A DNA stretch of 64,000 nt from assembly GCA_036769565.1 (NCBI GenBank), contig DAIPKW010000002.1, positions 9,727-73,726 of the forward strand. The letters are read 5' to 3'. Position 1 is the stretch's first letter; the number at the start of each line of letters is the position of its first letter. The notes under the pieces were generated by a model. It did not search any database and was not told the origin of the DNA. It was given only the letters and a program-made list of their open reading frames with translations. Position numbers and translations under genes: made by a program. The stretch is from Thermodesulfobacteriota bacterium (GTDB taxonomy: Bacteria; Desulfobacterota; BSN033; UBA1163). Shown here piece after piece: positions 1 to 10,332 of the stretch.

Positions 1-428
1 TAAATGGCAATGGACATTGTCTCCAGTCCGAGGAAGATGATCAGCAGATGGGTCCCTCCTGTCATGAGCATCATCCCAAGTGCTGAGAAAAGGATGAGGG
101 CATAATACTCTCCAAACGCAATCCCTTCCCTGGAGGCATACCCCATGGAGATCAGGACTGTCAGAAAAGCGATGATCAGGATCGTGATCTTAAAGAAGAT
201 GGCAAACCCATCAGTGGTGAACATCCCTTCAAATCCTGTCTTGCCCGATCCGACCAGAGGAAGCGTATAGAAGAAGGCAATGACGACACCGATCAGGCTA
301 AGGATTCCGAGATATCCCTTTCTCTCCCCTTTGGGTGAAAAGACATCAACGAGAAGAACCAAAAACCCAAAGGCGGTGATGATGATTTCTGGCGCAATGA
401 GATAAAGATCAATTTCTGGCAGTTTCAT
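1..428 (-). CDS. nuoN: NADH-quinone oxidoreductase subunit N (N-terminal part; runs off the window edge)
   Basis: Not in the ORF track; translated by hand from ATG at 428 (GGAGG upstream): MKLPEIDLYLIAPEIIITAFGFLVLLVDVF... It is hydrophobic, has the NuoN-typical PE-I start and follows nuoM. Confidence 0.9.
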   Translation of the reverse strand, partial: MKLPEIDLYLIAPEIIITAFGFLVLLVDVFSPKGERKGYLGILSLIGVVIAFFYTLPLVGSGKTGFEGMFTTDGFAIFFKITILIIAFLTVLISMGYASREGIAFGEYYALILFSALGMMLMTGGTHLLIIFLGLETMSIAI

Positions 429-540
429 CGAAAAGCCTCCAAATATATAAAGGAAAGTTCAGATGTCAAAATCCAAAAACCAAAGGAATGGCAAGGGTTA
501 AAATGTCAATTTTTGAAATTTGAGATTCCCTTGAACTTTG

Positions 541-2100
541 TCATTTGACATTCTTACTTTCTATTTCCGCTACCATTTTCGTTGGAGCTGAAAAATCTGC
601 TTTCATCTCCACTTTTGTCCTGAAGTCTTTCAGGAATTTCTCCACGCTTGCATCCATCTTGTTGAAGAAGAGCTTGGGGTAGATCCCCATAAGGAAGATC
701 AGGGCGACCATAGGAATGAGCGTGATGACCTCCCGCGCATTGAGGTCCTTTAAACCCTCGTTCTTCGGATTGTTAATCTTTCCGAACATCACCCGTTGAA
801 ACATCCAGAGCATATAGGCCGCACCCAGTATGACTCCGGTTGCCGCCAAAACACCATAGACGACATTGGATCGAAATGCTCCCAGGAGGATGAGAAACTC
901 TCCCACGAATCCATTCGTTCCTGGAAGTCCGATGGAGGAAAGGGTGACAATCATAAAGAAGGTGGCAAAGACCGGCATCACCTTTGAGATGCCTCCAAAA
1001 TCGGCGATCATCCGTGTGTGTCTCCGCTCATAGATCATTCCGACGATCAAGAAGAGCGATCCCGTGCTGATACCGTGGTTGAGCATTTGATAGATCGAAC
1101 CCTGAACGCCCTGTGTATTGAAGGCGAACATGCCTAACATGACGTAACCAAGATGGCTGACGCTCGAAAAGGCCACCAATCGTTTCAGGTCGGGTTGCAT
1201 CATCGAGACCAGCGCTCCGTAAATGATTCCAATGAGCGCCAATACAGAGATCAAAGGCATCAGTTCGAGAGCCGCATTCGGGAATAGCGGAATGGCAAAC
1301 CGGATGAATCCATAGGTTCCCATCTTGAGCAAGACGCCTGCCAGAATTACGCTTCCTGCAGTAGGCGCTTCGGTGTGGGCATCGGGCAACCAGGTATGGA
1401 ATGGAAACATTGGCACCTTGATCGCAAAGGCCAGTGCAAAGGCTCCAAAGAGCCAGTATTGAGTGCCCAAAGGAATCCCCAGCTTATAAAGCTCCATCAC
1501 ATCAAAGGTGGCCTTTCCAGTTGCCTTCGCATTGATGAAATAGAGCGCTAAAATGGCAACCAGCATGAGCACGCTTCCAGCCATGGTGAAGAGGAAGAAC
1601 TTAATCGCTGCATAGATCCGCCTTGCCGGATTGCCCCAAACTCCAATGAGAAGGTACATCGGGATGAGCATCACTTCCCAGAAGACATAGAAGAGTACAA
1701 GGTCCAGCGCCACCAGTGCCCCAACCATTCCTGTCTCGAGAAAGAGGAAAGAGATCATATACTCTTTCACGCGGAAGGTGATCGCTGTCCAAGAACAGAG
1801 GATGCAGAGCACGGTCAAAAAGGTCGTCAGAAGCACGAGCAGAAGACTGATCCCATCGATCCCGAGTTTATAACTGATGCCATAGGCCTCGACCCACCAC
1901 CAGTCCTCCATGAATTGCATGGCTGCCGAGGTGGAATCGAATTTAAAAAAGAGTGGCAGAGAAGCTATAAATTCAACCAGGGCAAATGCCAGAGTTACCC
2001 TTCGGATCGTCTCCTCTTTCTTAATGAAGAGAAGTAGGATTGCACCGACCAGAGGGAAGAAGATGAGAAAGGATAGAATGGGAATTCCCAAGATGTCCAT
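541..2100 (-). CDS. nuoM: NADH-quinone oxidoreductase subunit M
   Basis: Antiporter-like subunit with motifs [31 protein letters not shown] and HGISTGSLF. Start moved to ATG 2100 (AAGGAG upstream). Confidence 0.97.
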   Translation of the reverse strand: MDILGIPILSFLIFFPLVGAILLLFIKKEETIRRVTLAFALVEFIASLPLFFKFDSTSAAMQFMEDWWWVEAYGISYKLGIDGISLLLVLLTTFLTVLCILCSWTAITFRVKEYMISFLFLETGMVGALVALDLVLFYVFWEVMLIPMYLLIGVWGNPARRIYAAIKFFLFTMAGSVLMLVAILALYFINAKATGKATFDVMELYKLGIPLGTQYWLFGAFALAFAIKVPMFPFHTWLPDAHTEAPTAGSVILAGVLLKMGTYGFIRFAIPLFPNAALELMPLISVLALIGIIYGALVSMMQPDLKRLVAFSSVSHLGYVMLGMFAFNTQGVQGSIYQMLNHGISTGSLFLIVGMIYERRHTRMIADFGGISKVMPVFATFFMIVTLSSIGLPGTNGFVGEFLILLGAFRSNVVYGVLAATGVILGAAYMLWMFQRVMFGKINNPKNEGLKDLNAREVITLIPMVALIFLMGIYPKLFFNKMDASVEKFLKDFRTKVEMKADFSAPTKMVAEIESKNVK

Positions 2101-2210
2101 GGAATTAACTCCTTTTATTGAAACGACTATTGCGAATGACACCGAATAGGGCGAATGAGAAATTTATGAATATTCGTTTAATTCGTTCTCTTTCGTGTCA
2201 TTCGGGTTAT

Positions 2211-4193
2211 TTAAAAGAATCCCCGGATGATATAGTAGATGACCAGGATCAGCCCTCCCAAAACGATGGAAAAGGCATAATTCTGAACCAATCCTGTCTG
2301 CACCTTACGCATCACACCAGAGAGCCATCCGATCAAATAGGCAATTCCATTGACCGTTCCATCGATCACGAGATCATCGAAGCCCTTCCAGAGCCCCCTG
2401 CCAAGGTTTTTCAGAGAGTTGACAAAGAGCACCTGATAGAGTTCGTCCACATAATATTTATTCGAAACGAGTTGATAGAGCCCTCTCCATCTCTGCGCCA
2501 ACATCTTAGGCAAGGCCGGATTTTTCAAATATAAGAAGTAAGCGATCCCGATCCCAATCAGGGCGATCACCACGGAGACAGCCATGAGCAGAAGCTCCAA
2601 TGTCGCCGAGTGCTCTCCTCCAGCACCTGCTGCCCACGCCTCTTGGATCAGCGAAAAACTTGCATGGGCTTTGACAGGCGGCCCATTGCCTACCACAGGT
2701 GCTAAAAATTCATGGATGTGATTGGCACCTCCTAAGACATGGGGAACACCCACATACCCTCCCACGATGGAGAGGAAAGCCAGAACCATCAATGGGATTG
2801 TCATGATCTTTGGCGATTCATGGATATGGTGTGCCACATGATGGTCCACTCTTGATTCTCCAAAGAAGGCCATGAAGAGCGCCCGGAACATATAGAAGGC
2901 GGTCATGCCCGCAGCCACAGCAGCCACCAGCCAGAGCAGGAAATGGCCGCGTTGGCTGGAGAAGGCCATCCAGAGGATCTCATCCTTGCTGAAGAAGCCC
3001 GAAAGTCCGGGTATACCTGCAATCGCCAGGGTCGCAATGAAGAAGGTGACAAATGTGATGGGAATCTTCTTTCTCAATGCGCCCATCTTCCGAATATCGA
3101 GCTCGCCGCTGAGCGCATGCATCACGCTCCCGGCGCCAAGAAAGAGGAGGCCTTTGAAGAAGGCATGGGTCATCAGGTGAAAGATCCCTGCGGCGTAAGC
3201 TCCCACACCGACTGCCAGAAACATATAACCCAACTGACTGATCGTCGAATAGGCCAGGATCTTCTTGATGTCGTACTGACAGAAGCCTATTGAGGCCGTA
3301 AAGATGGCGGTGGCACAGCCGACGATGGCAACCACGGCCATGGCAATGGGCGCCATGTTATAAAGGATGCTGCAACGGGCAACCATGTAGACACCTGCTG
3401 TCACCATGGTGGCTGCATGGATCAGAGAGCTGACCGGTGTCGGACCCTCCATGGCATCGGGAAGCCAGACATAGAGAGGTATCTGTGCCGACTTTCCGCA
3501 GGCGCCGACAAAAAGCAGAAGCGCAATGGCCGTAGCGGTCGCCGTATCGAGTTTGCCGACATTGGCAAAGACCTCGGTAAAATCGAGCGTCCATATCCCA
3601 TGCTGCCCTAAAGAGGTGAAGAGGAGAAACATCCCCAAGATGAAACCGAAATCACCAACCCGGTTGACGACAAAGGCCTTCTTTCCTGCATTGGATGCAG
3701 AATCCTTCTCATACCAGAAGCCAATCAGAAGATAGGAGCAGAGCCCAACGCCTTCCCACCCCACAAACATCAATAAGAAGTTGTTGGCCAGGACGAGGTT
3801 GAGCATCATGAAGACGAAGAGATTGAGATAAGTGAAATACCGGGTATAACCCGGATCATCATGCATGTATCCTACGGAGTAGATGTGAATGAAGAAGCTG
3901 ACGCCAGTCACGACCAGGGCCATCAGGATGGAGAGGGGATCGATCTGATAACCGATCACGGTCTGAAAAGAACCAGAAACCACCCAGTCAAAGAGGACCT
4001 TTTCAAAGAGCCTTTCTCCAGGAGGTCTTTGGATCAGTTCAAAAAAGATGAGGATCGACGTGAGAAAGGAGAGTCCGATGGCCGAAGGGCCGACCACGCT
4101 GACCACACCCTTTCCCAGGCGCTTCCCTAAGAGCCCGTTGATCAAAAATCCGATAAATGGAAATAGAGGAATTAACCAAACATATTCAAGCAT
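2211..4193 (-). CDS. nuoL: NADH-quinone oxidoreductase subunit L
   Basis: Motifs GWEGVGLCSYLLIGFW, KSAQIPLYVWLPDAMEGPTPVSSLIHAATMV and HLMTHAFFK. Confidence 0.98.
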   Translation of the reverse strand: MLEYVWLIPLFPFIGFLINGLLGKRLGKGVVSVVGPSAIGLSFLTSILIFFELIQRPPGERLFEKVLFDWVVSGSFQTVIGYQIDPLSILMALVVTGVSFFIHIYSVGYMHDDPGYTRYFTYLNLFVFMMLNLVLANNFLLMFVGWEGVGLCSYLLIGFWYEKDSASNAGKKAFVVNRVGDFGFILGMFLLFTSLGQHGIWTLDFTEVFANVGKLDTATATAIALLLFVGACGKSAQIPLYVWLPDAMEGPTPVSSLIHAATMVTAGVYMVARCSILYNMAPIAMAVVAIVGCATAIFTASIGFCQYDIKKILAYSTISQLGYMFLAVGVGAYAAGIFHLMTHAFFKGLLFLGAGSVMHALSGELDIRKMGALRKKIPITFVTFFIATLAIAGIPGLSGFFSKDEILWMAFSSQRGHFLLWLVAAVAAGMTAFYMFRALFMAFFGESRVDHHVAHHIHESPKIMTIPLMVLAFLSIVGGYVGVPHVLGGANHIHEFLAPVVGNGPPVKAHASFSLIQEAWAAGAGGEHSATLELLLMAVSVVIALIGIGIAYFLYLKNPALPKMLAQRWRGLYQLVSNKYYVDELYQVLFVNSLKNLGRGLWKGFDDLVIDGTVNGIAYLIGWLSGVMRKVQTGLVQNYAFSIVLGGLILVIYYIIRGFF

Positions 4194-4213
4194 GTATTAC
4201 TCCTTTTTGCAGT

Positions 4214-4285
4214 TCGGTGTTCGGAGTTCGTAATTCGGAGTTTAAAAACTTATTTTCTCCGAACTCCGAACTCATGGCTCCGAAC
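4214..4285. repeat. Heptamer-periodic palindrome between nuoK and nuoL
   Basis: TTCGGTG-TTCGGAG-TTCGTAA-TTCGGAG versus CTCCGAA-CTCCGAA...CTCCGAA. Confidence 0.8.
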
Positions 4286-4290
4286 TATTT

Positions 4291-4608
4291 TTACCATTTC
4301 AGTAAATTGACTTCATCCACATTGATCGTCTCTCTGGAACGATAGAGCATGACAAAGATGGCCAACCCGACTGCCGCCTCTGCAGCAGCTACGGCCATAA
4401 CGAAGAAAGCAAAGATTACCCCGTCCACCGATTGGAGAAAACGGGAGAGCGTGATGAAGGTCAGATTGACCGCATTGAGCATCAACTCAATACACATAAA
4501 GACGACGATCGCATTGCGACGGGTTAGCGCTCCGATCACACCGATCGTGAAGAGTATCCCGCTTAACATGAGATAGAGGGCAGGGGGAATGGTTGGTACG
4601 ACCCACAT
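4291..4608 (-). CDS. nuoK: NADH-quinone oxidoreductase subunit K
   Basis: About 105 aa with [10 protein letters not shown] and [10 protein letters not shown] motifs. Confidence 0.97.
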   Translation of the reverse strand: MWVVPTIPPALYLMLSGILFTIGVIGALTRRNAIVVFMCIELMLNAVNLTFITLSRFLQSVDGVIFAFFVMAVAAAEAAVGLAIFVMLYRSRETINVDEVNLLKW

Positions 4609-4620
4609 ATTCAATTCTCC

Positions 4621-5148
4621 TTATGTCCTTTTCTTGCTTAAAATCACGGCGCCGATGATGGCGGCAACCAGAAGGATCGAGACGATCTCAAAAGGAAAGA
4701 GATAGGTTGTAAAAAGACTCTCGCCTACCGTCTTCACGTTGGTACCCATCTTTTCAGGCGTATAGGAACCGGTCTGGCCGGTCGGCGACTTTGCCACAGC
4801 TACATAGAGGAGGCCTATGAGGAAAAGGACCGCCAGAAATCCTCCGATCACCTTGGAATAGACGATCTTCAGTTTCGAGCGAAGCTCTGTCTCCAGATCG
4901 AGGAGCATGATGACGAAGACGATGAGCATCACAATGGCTCCTGCATAGACGATGACCTGGATGATGGCAATAAATGGGTTGTGAAGCAGGATATAGAGCA
5001 CAGCCACGCAGAGTAAGGTCAACACCATGAAGAGCGCGCTGTGAATCGGATTTTTTCGGGTGATGACCAGAATGGAGGCCACAATCGAGACAAAGGCCAT
5101 CCCCATAAAGAGCAACCACTGAAAGAGGATCCCAAAATTTTCAGCCAT
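4621..5148 (-). CDS. nuoJ: NADH-quinone oxidoreductase subunit J
   Basis: Motifs NPIHSALF, QVIVYAGAIVML and PFEIVSILL; operon position. Confidence 0.96.
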   Translation of the reverse strand: MAENFGILFQWLLFMGMAFVSIVASILVITRKNPIHSALFMVLTLLCVAVLYILLHNPFIAIIQVIVYAGAIVMLIVFVIMLLDLETELRSKLKIVYSKVIGGFLAVLFLIGLLYVAVAKSPTGQTGSYTPEKMGTNVKTVGESLFTTYLFPFEIVSILLVAAIIGAVILSKKRT

Positions 5149-5263
5149 AGTCTGACTCCAAATGATTTACTGAAATCCCCCTTTGTCTCCCTTTTACAAA
5201 GAAGGAATCCCGCAAGACGCTGGACTCCTCCCTTTAGCAAAGGGAGGCTGAGAGAGATTTGGT

Positions 5264-5677
5264 TTATGGATTATACTTCTTCTGATCTAACAGCTTCTCC
5301 GTGTTCATGAGAAAGGGTGCCCTTTCCCGAGCCACCCATTCATAATTCTTTCCCACAAAGATGGCATTGACTGGACAGGCCTCTTCACAATACCCGCAGA
5401 AGATGCACCTCAAGGCGTCCAGCTCATAGGTGAGGGGATAACGTCTTCCCTGTTCATTCTCTGCCGTCACAATCGAGATACACTGGGAAGGGCAGACCGC
5501 CATGCAGAGGCCACAGGCCACACACTTCAGCTGGCCCTTCTCATCCTTTTCAAAATACTGGATCCCCCTCCAGCGTTTTGCAGGAGGCACCTTCTGCTCG
5601 GGATACTGAATGGTAATCGGCCTGGAGAAGAACCGACCCAAAGTAAATGCCAAACCTTTAAGTAGTGGGACGATCAT
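5264..5677 (-). CDS. nuoI: NADH-quinone oxidoreductase subunit I (2x[4Fe-4S])
   Basis: TIQYPE motif and two ferredoxin motifs, CVACGLCMAVCP and CIFCGYCEEACP. Confidence 0.97.
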   Translation of the reverse strand: MIVPLLKGLAFTLGRFFSRPITIQYPEQKVPPAKRWRGIQYFEKDEKGQLKCVACGLCMAVCPSQCISIVTAENEQGRRYPLTYELDALRCIFCGYCEEACPVNAIFVGKNYEWVARERAPFLMNTEKLLDQKKYNP

Positions 5678-5755
5678 GTTTAACCCCTTCCTTTAACACT
5701 TCAATGAACGCTTACATATGAATTGCATGAAGAATCTTCTTATTCAAAGCAATTC

Positions 5756-6775
5756 CTATCCCTTCAATGAGACGACCAGCGCGGTGATTAAAAGATTGAT
5801 CAGCGCCAGCGGAAAGAGAATCTTCCACCCAAACTTCATAATCTGATCGTACCGCAACCTCGGAAAGGTCCCTCTCTGCCAGATGAAGAAGAAGCAGAAG
5901 ATGAAGAGCTTACCGCAGAACCAGACGATCCCTGGAATAAAATCGAGCTGTGGCAGAGGAGCCTGCCATCCACCCCAGAAGAGCGTTACGGCCACCGCAC
6001 CCATGGTGATCATATGGGCATATTCCGCCATGAAGAAGAGAGCAAACTTCATACTGCTATATTCGATATTAAACCCGCAGGCAAGCTCCGATTCGGACTC
6101 CGGCATATCAAATGGAGTCCGGTTGATCTCTGCGAGACCACAGATGATGTAGAGAATGAAAGCGACAGGTTGATACCAGATGTTCCAGTTCCAGAACCCG
6201 CCAGCCTGCTGGTTGATGATGTCCGTCAGCCTCAGGCTCTGCGAGAGAATAATCACACCGATAATGGTGATCCCAAGCGCCACCTCGTAACTGATCATCT
6301 GAGCGGCTGCACGAAGGGAACCGGTCAGCCCATACTTATTGCCTGAAGACCAGCCTCCGAGCACAATTCCAAATTCCCCCAGTGAGGCAACCCCGAAGAT
6401 ATAGAGAAGCCCAATATCGACATCTGCAATCCGGAGTTTGACCACCCAATCGGTTCCCGGAATTTTAAACTCATTTCCAAAGGGGATGACTGCAAAGAGG
6501 GCAATGGCCGAGATGATGGCAATCATCGGTGAAAGAACAAAGACTGCTTTGTCTGCCTTACCAGGAACCAGATCTTCTTTGAAAAAAGCCTTAATGCCAT
6601 CCGAGAAGGGCTGAAGGAGTCCAAACGGACCACACCGATTGGGACCAAAACGGATCTGGATGTGGCCCAAGACCTTCCGCTCTAACCAGGTCAGATAGGC
6701 CACGGAGAGCATCAGACACGCAAAGACCACCACACACTTTACAATCGCCTCAATGAGAAGGTATAAGACCTGCAT
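5756..6775 (-). CDS. nuoH: NADH-quinone oxidoreductase subunit H
   Basis: Motifs ERKVLGHIQIRFGPNR, GLLQPFSDGIK, NRTPFDMPESESEL and FPRLRYDQ. Confidence 0.98.
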   Translation of the reverse strand: MQVLYLLIEAIVKCVVVFACLMLSVAYLTWLERKVLGHIQIRFGPNRCGPFGLLQPFSDGIKAFFKEDLVPGKADKAVFVLSPMIAIISAIALFAVIPFGNEFKIPGTDWVVKLRIADVDIGLLYIFGVASLGEFGIVLGGWSSGNKYGLTGSLRAAAQMISYEVALGITIIGVIILSQSLRLTDIINQQAGGFWNWNIWYQPVAFILYIICGLAEINRTPFDMPESESELACGFNIEYSSMKFALFFMAEYAHMITMGAVAVTLFWGGWQAPLPQLDFIPGIVWFCGKLFIFCFFFIWQRGTFPRLRYDQIMKFGWKILFPLALINLLITALVVSLKG

Positions 6776-7025
6776 CCTGCTTCTCCTCTAAATCCTTTTT
6801 GTCAGATAATCCATGCCCATAGGGCACCCTGAAACCATGAGAACAATCTATGGGTATTGAATAAGGTTACGGCTACGAAGCCCGTTTCGTCGTTCGGTAA
6901 CGATTACGGTTAAAAGAATGAAACACGGCAGACGTAGCTTTAAAGACGATACGGGCCCTGAACCTAATTGGTTTCAAGGCGGTCATTGTTACCATCACCG
7001 TTAGACGAAATCCTGATTCCTAAAA

Positions 7026-8978
7026 TTATACCGCAAACAACCCAACCCGAACGCACCTGAGACAGCGTTCTGCCTCCTTCTGTGCAACCGGGATAGGAAA
7101 TCCCTTCTCCACTTCGTCAAAAGTCCACTTTCTCGAATCGGGAGGAAGCATCTCCAGCATGGCCCGTTTCCTTCCGCCAGGAACACCGATCCTCTCATCT
7201 CTATTGTAGACCTTGATCTTCTCCATCAGTGTCTCCAGACGTTCCTCCTCCGACTCTCTGACTTCCACCCCTCTGAGAAACGCATCAATTTTATCAGCCG
7301 CCCTTCTTCCGTGGGCCGCGGCGCGAACAAGGACATCCGGTCCAATCACACAATCGCCTCCGGAGAAAATCCCTTCTCGGTTCGTCTGGAAGGTTCCCTC
7401 TTTTACAGAGATCGTGGAACGTTTGGTCGTCTTCACTCCGTCTTTCTCATCAAGAAAGGAGAGGTCGATCGCCTGGCCAATGGCAGGGATGACGATATCC
7501 GCTTCGATGAAGAATTCCGATCCTTTGATCGGAACTGGTCTTCGCCTTCCGCTCTCGTCTGGTTCGCCGAGCTCCATCCGGATACATTCCATCCCGACCA
7601 CTTTTCCATCCTTCTCGACGATCCGTACTGGATTGCAGAGGTAGTGAAACTTCACGCCCTCCTCTTCGGCGTCGTGGATCTCCACCCGGTCCGCAGGCAT
7701 CTCCTTCTTCGTCCGGCGATAGACCAGGTTCACATCGGGCTTGCCAATTCGGAAGGACGAACGAACACAGTCAATGGCCACATTGCCTCCACCCACAACC
7801 ACCACCCTCTTTCCCTCGGGGTAGGGATCTCTTCCAAGATTGATTTCAAGGAGGTAGTAGACCCCTGGGATAAATCCTTTATATCCCTTGTCCTCTCCCT
7901 CCACACCCATGGGCGTATTGGTCTGGGCACCCACAGCAATATAGATGGCTTTAAAACCCTGCTCGAACATCTGGGAAAGGGTTATATCCTTTCCCACCTG
8001 CGTGTTATATCGGATCTCAACCCCAAGCTGTTGAACCAGACCGGCCTCGTATCTCAATATCTCTCTCGGAAGCCTGTAGTCTGGAATTCCAACAGCAGCC
8101 ATGCCTCCGGGCTCGCCCAATCTCTCAAAAATCGTGACAGAGTAACCCTTCAAAGCCAGATAATAGGCACAGGTCAGCCCAGAGGGTCCAGCTCCGATGA
8201 TCGCTACCTTTTCAGAACGGGCAGAGGTTTTAACCAGGTCGGGTTTGATCTCTCTTTCCAGTTCATAATCTGCCACAAATCGCTTGAGCCATTTGATGGA
8301 GACGCATTCGTCCACATTCTGACGTCTGCAATTGTCCTCACAGGGCCGAATGCAGACCCTTCCAAGCACACCTGCCAAACAGGTCGCCTCCCGTATGGTT
8401 GAAAGAGCCTCCAGATACCTGCCTTCCTTGATCAGCTCCACATAGTGGGTAATCGGAAGGTGGGAAGGACAGGCGCTCTCACAGGGAGCGGTTACCTTCA
8501 CTTTGTACTCTTCACGCGGAATCCTCTTCTTGGACTGAATCGCTTCGATGAACTCTTCCCTGAAATATGCGATGGCATGGAGCACAGGCTTGGGTCCGGT
8601 CTGTCCAAGGTTACATTTCGAACTCCTTAAGATCATCTCGCCTAAGAACTTCAGCTGTTCCAGATCCCCCGCTCTTCCTTCTCCTCCCGCAATCCGGTTG
8701 AGAATCGATGACATAATTTGAGTTCCTACCCGACAGGGGGTGCACTTCCCGCACGATTCCTTCTGGACGGCTTCCATATAGGCACGAATCAGGTCAACGA
8801 TATTGACTTCAGGATCCCGAACGGCAATCCCGTCCCAACCGATGAAGGCCTTGATCTTCTTCTCCTGATCGAATTCAAGGGGAAGATTGAGATTGGAGAT
8901 GGACTGTCTCTCTCCTTCGGGTTTCCCCCGATTATCCACAATTGCCCCACCCCAACTGCTAAAAAGGATATCTGTCAT
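7026..8978 (-). CDS. SfrB/GltD-like FAD and Fe-S NAD(P)H oxidoreductase with an N-terminal NuoF-type [4Fe-4S] motif
   Basis: Starts MTDILFSSWGGAIVDNR...FIGWDG, which resembles Geobacter SfrB as I recall it. Contains SCGKCTPCR...KCNLGQ, GltD-type APCESACP/GRVCIRPCEDNCRR, FAD motif IGAGPSG and NAD(P)H motif VVGGGNVAID. Confidence 0.85.
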   Translation of the reverse strand: MTDILFSSWGGAIVDNRGKPEGERQSISNLNLPLEFDQEKKIKAFIGWDGIAVRDPEVNIVDLIRAYMEAVQKESCGKCTPCRVGTQIMSSILNRIAGGEGRAGDLEQLKFLGEMILRSSKCNLGQTGPKPVLHAIAYFREEFIEAIQSKKRIPREEYKVKVTAPCESACPSHLPITHYVELIKEGRYLEALSTIREATCLAGVLGRVCIRPCEDNCRRQNVDECVSIKWLKRFVADYELEREIKPDLVKTSARSEKVAIIGAGPSGLTCAYYLALKGYSVTIFERLGEPGGMAAVGIPDYRLPREILRYEAGLVQQLGVEIRYNTQVGKDITLSQMFEQGFKAIYIAVGAQTNTPMGVEGEDKGYKGFIPGVYYLLEINLGRDPYPEGKRVVVVGGGNVAIDCVRSSFRIGKPDVNLVYRRTKKEMPADRVEIHDAEEEGVKFHYLCNPVRIVEKDGKVVGMECIRMELGEPDESGRRRPVPIKGSEFFIEADIVIPAIGQAIDLSFLDEKDGVKTTKRSTISVKEGTFQTNREGIFSGGDCVIGPDVLVRAAAHGRRAADKIDAFLRGVEVRESEEERLETLMEKIKVYNRDERIGVPGGRKRAMLEMLPPDSRKWTFDEVEKGFPIPVAQKEAERCLRCVRVGLFAV

Positions 8979-8989
8979 GTTAACCCTCA

Positions 8990-9153
8990 TTTTCGAAAAT
9001 CCGAAATCCGAATATCGGGCGTAGCGTCCTCTTAGGACCAATCCGAAACAAATTTTTAAATTCAAATCACCAAAATTTTTAAGATTCTCTTTCGTTTTGA
9101 ATTTCGAAAATTTGAAATTGTTTCGACATTCGAATCTCGTGCTTCGAATTTAT
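8990..9153. repeat. Heptamer-periodic palindromic element, family C, between nuoD and the sfrB-like gene
   Basis: TTCGAAAATCCGAAATCCGAATATC... on the left and ...TTTCGACATTCGAATCTCGTGCTTCGAATTT on the right. Confidence 0.75.
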
Positions 9154-9158
9154 TCTTT

Positions 9159-10331
9159 TTACCGATCGATCTCACCCAACACAATATCAATACTTCCGAT
9201 GGTGGCGATGACATCGGCAATCAGACTTCCCTCAATCATCTTGGGAAGCGCGCTTAAGTTGAGGAAAGAGGGAGGTCGGATTCTCATCCTCAAAGGTTTA
9301 TTCGAACCATCGCTCACAAGATAGAAACCCAATTCCCCTTTGGCAGCTTCGACACTTGCATAGACTTCCCCTTTGGGTGGCTGGAACCCTTCGGATGCAA
9401 TCTTGAATTGCCGAATCAAAGAGGCGATATCGGTCAGGACCATCTCTTTGGGAGGCAGAACCACCCTGGGATCATCAGCGAGAATCGGGCCTTTGGGCAA
9501 ACGGTCCAGGGCCTGTCTCACAATGGCATTTGACCACTCCATCTCCCTCAACCGGACATAGTACCGATCGTAGACATCGCCTACTGTCCCTGTGGGAATG
9601 TCGAATTCGAAATCCTCATAACTCGAATAGGGAAAAACTTTCCTCACATCCCACTTTACTCCGGATCCACGAAGCGTCGGCCCGGTCACACCCCAATTGA
9701 TGGCATCTTCTTTCGAAATGATTCCCACTTCCTTGGTCCGTTTCAACCAGATCACATTCTTTGTCAGAAGCGTCTCATACTCCTTCATGTGGCCTGGAAA
9801 GGCGTCAACAAAATCCTTGATCTTTTTGTCGATCCCTTCTGGAAGGTCTTTAGCAACCCCTCCGATTCTCAAATAGGTTGGGGTCAATCTTCCGCCGGCC
9901 ACCTCTTCGAAGATCCTGAGAATATCCTCCCTTTCACGGAAATTATAGAAGAGCAGGGTCATTGCGCCGATGTCGAGCGCATGGGTTCCAAGCCAGATGA
10001 GATGTGCCGCAAGCCTCTGGAGTTCAGCCATCATCACTCTCAGGTATTGAGCCCGTTTCGGGACCTCAATGCCAAGAAGTTTTTCAACGGCCAGGACATA
10101 GGCCAGGTTATTCCCCATCGCATTGGTGTAATCTAACCGATCCGTGAGGGGAATGACCTGATGATAGGTTCTGGACTCAGCTAATTTCTCAACCCCCCGA
10201 TGGAGGTGTCCGATGTGGGGAGTTGCTTTAACAATAATTTCTCCATCCAGTTCCAATACAAGCCTCAACACCCCATGTGTGGCCGGGTGCTGGGGACCCA
10301 TATTGATGGTCATGAATCGTGTCTCTGCCAT
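9159..10331 (-). CDS. nuoD: NADH-quinone oxidoreductase subunit D
   Basis: NMGPQHPATHGVLRL, DRLDY and C-terminal DIVLGEIDR. No [NiFe]-binding CxxC pairs. Confidence 0.98.
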   Translation of the reverse strand: MAETRFMTINMGPQHPATHGVLRLVLELDGEIIVKATPHIGHLHRGVEKLAESRTYHQVIPLTDRLDYTNAMGNNLAYVLAVEKLLGIEVPKRAQYLRVMMAELQRLAAHLIWLGTHALDIGAMTLLFYNFREREDILRIFEEVAGGRLTPTYLRIGGVAKDLPEGIDKKIKDFVDAFPGHMKEYETLLTKNVIWLKRTKEVGIISKEDAINWGVTGPTLRGSGVKWDVRKVFPYSSYEDFEFDIPTGTVGDVYDRYYVRLREMEWSNAIVRQALDRLPKGPILADDPRVVLPPKEMVLTDIASLIRQFKIASEGFQPPKGEVYASVEAAKGELGFYLVSDGSNKPLRMRIRPPSFLNLSALPKMIEGSLIADVIATIGSIDIVLGEIDR

Positions 10332-10332
10332 T

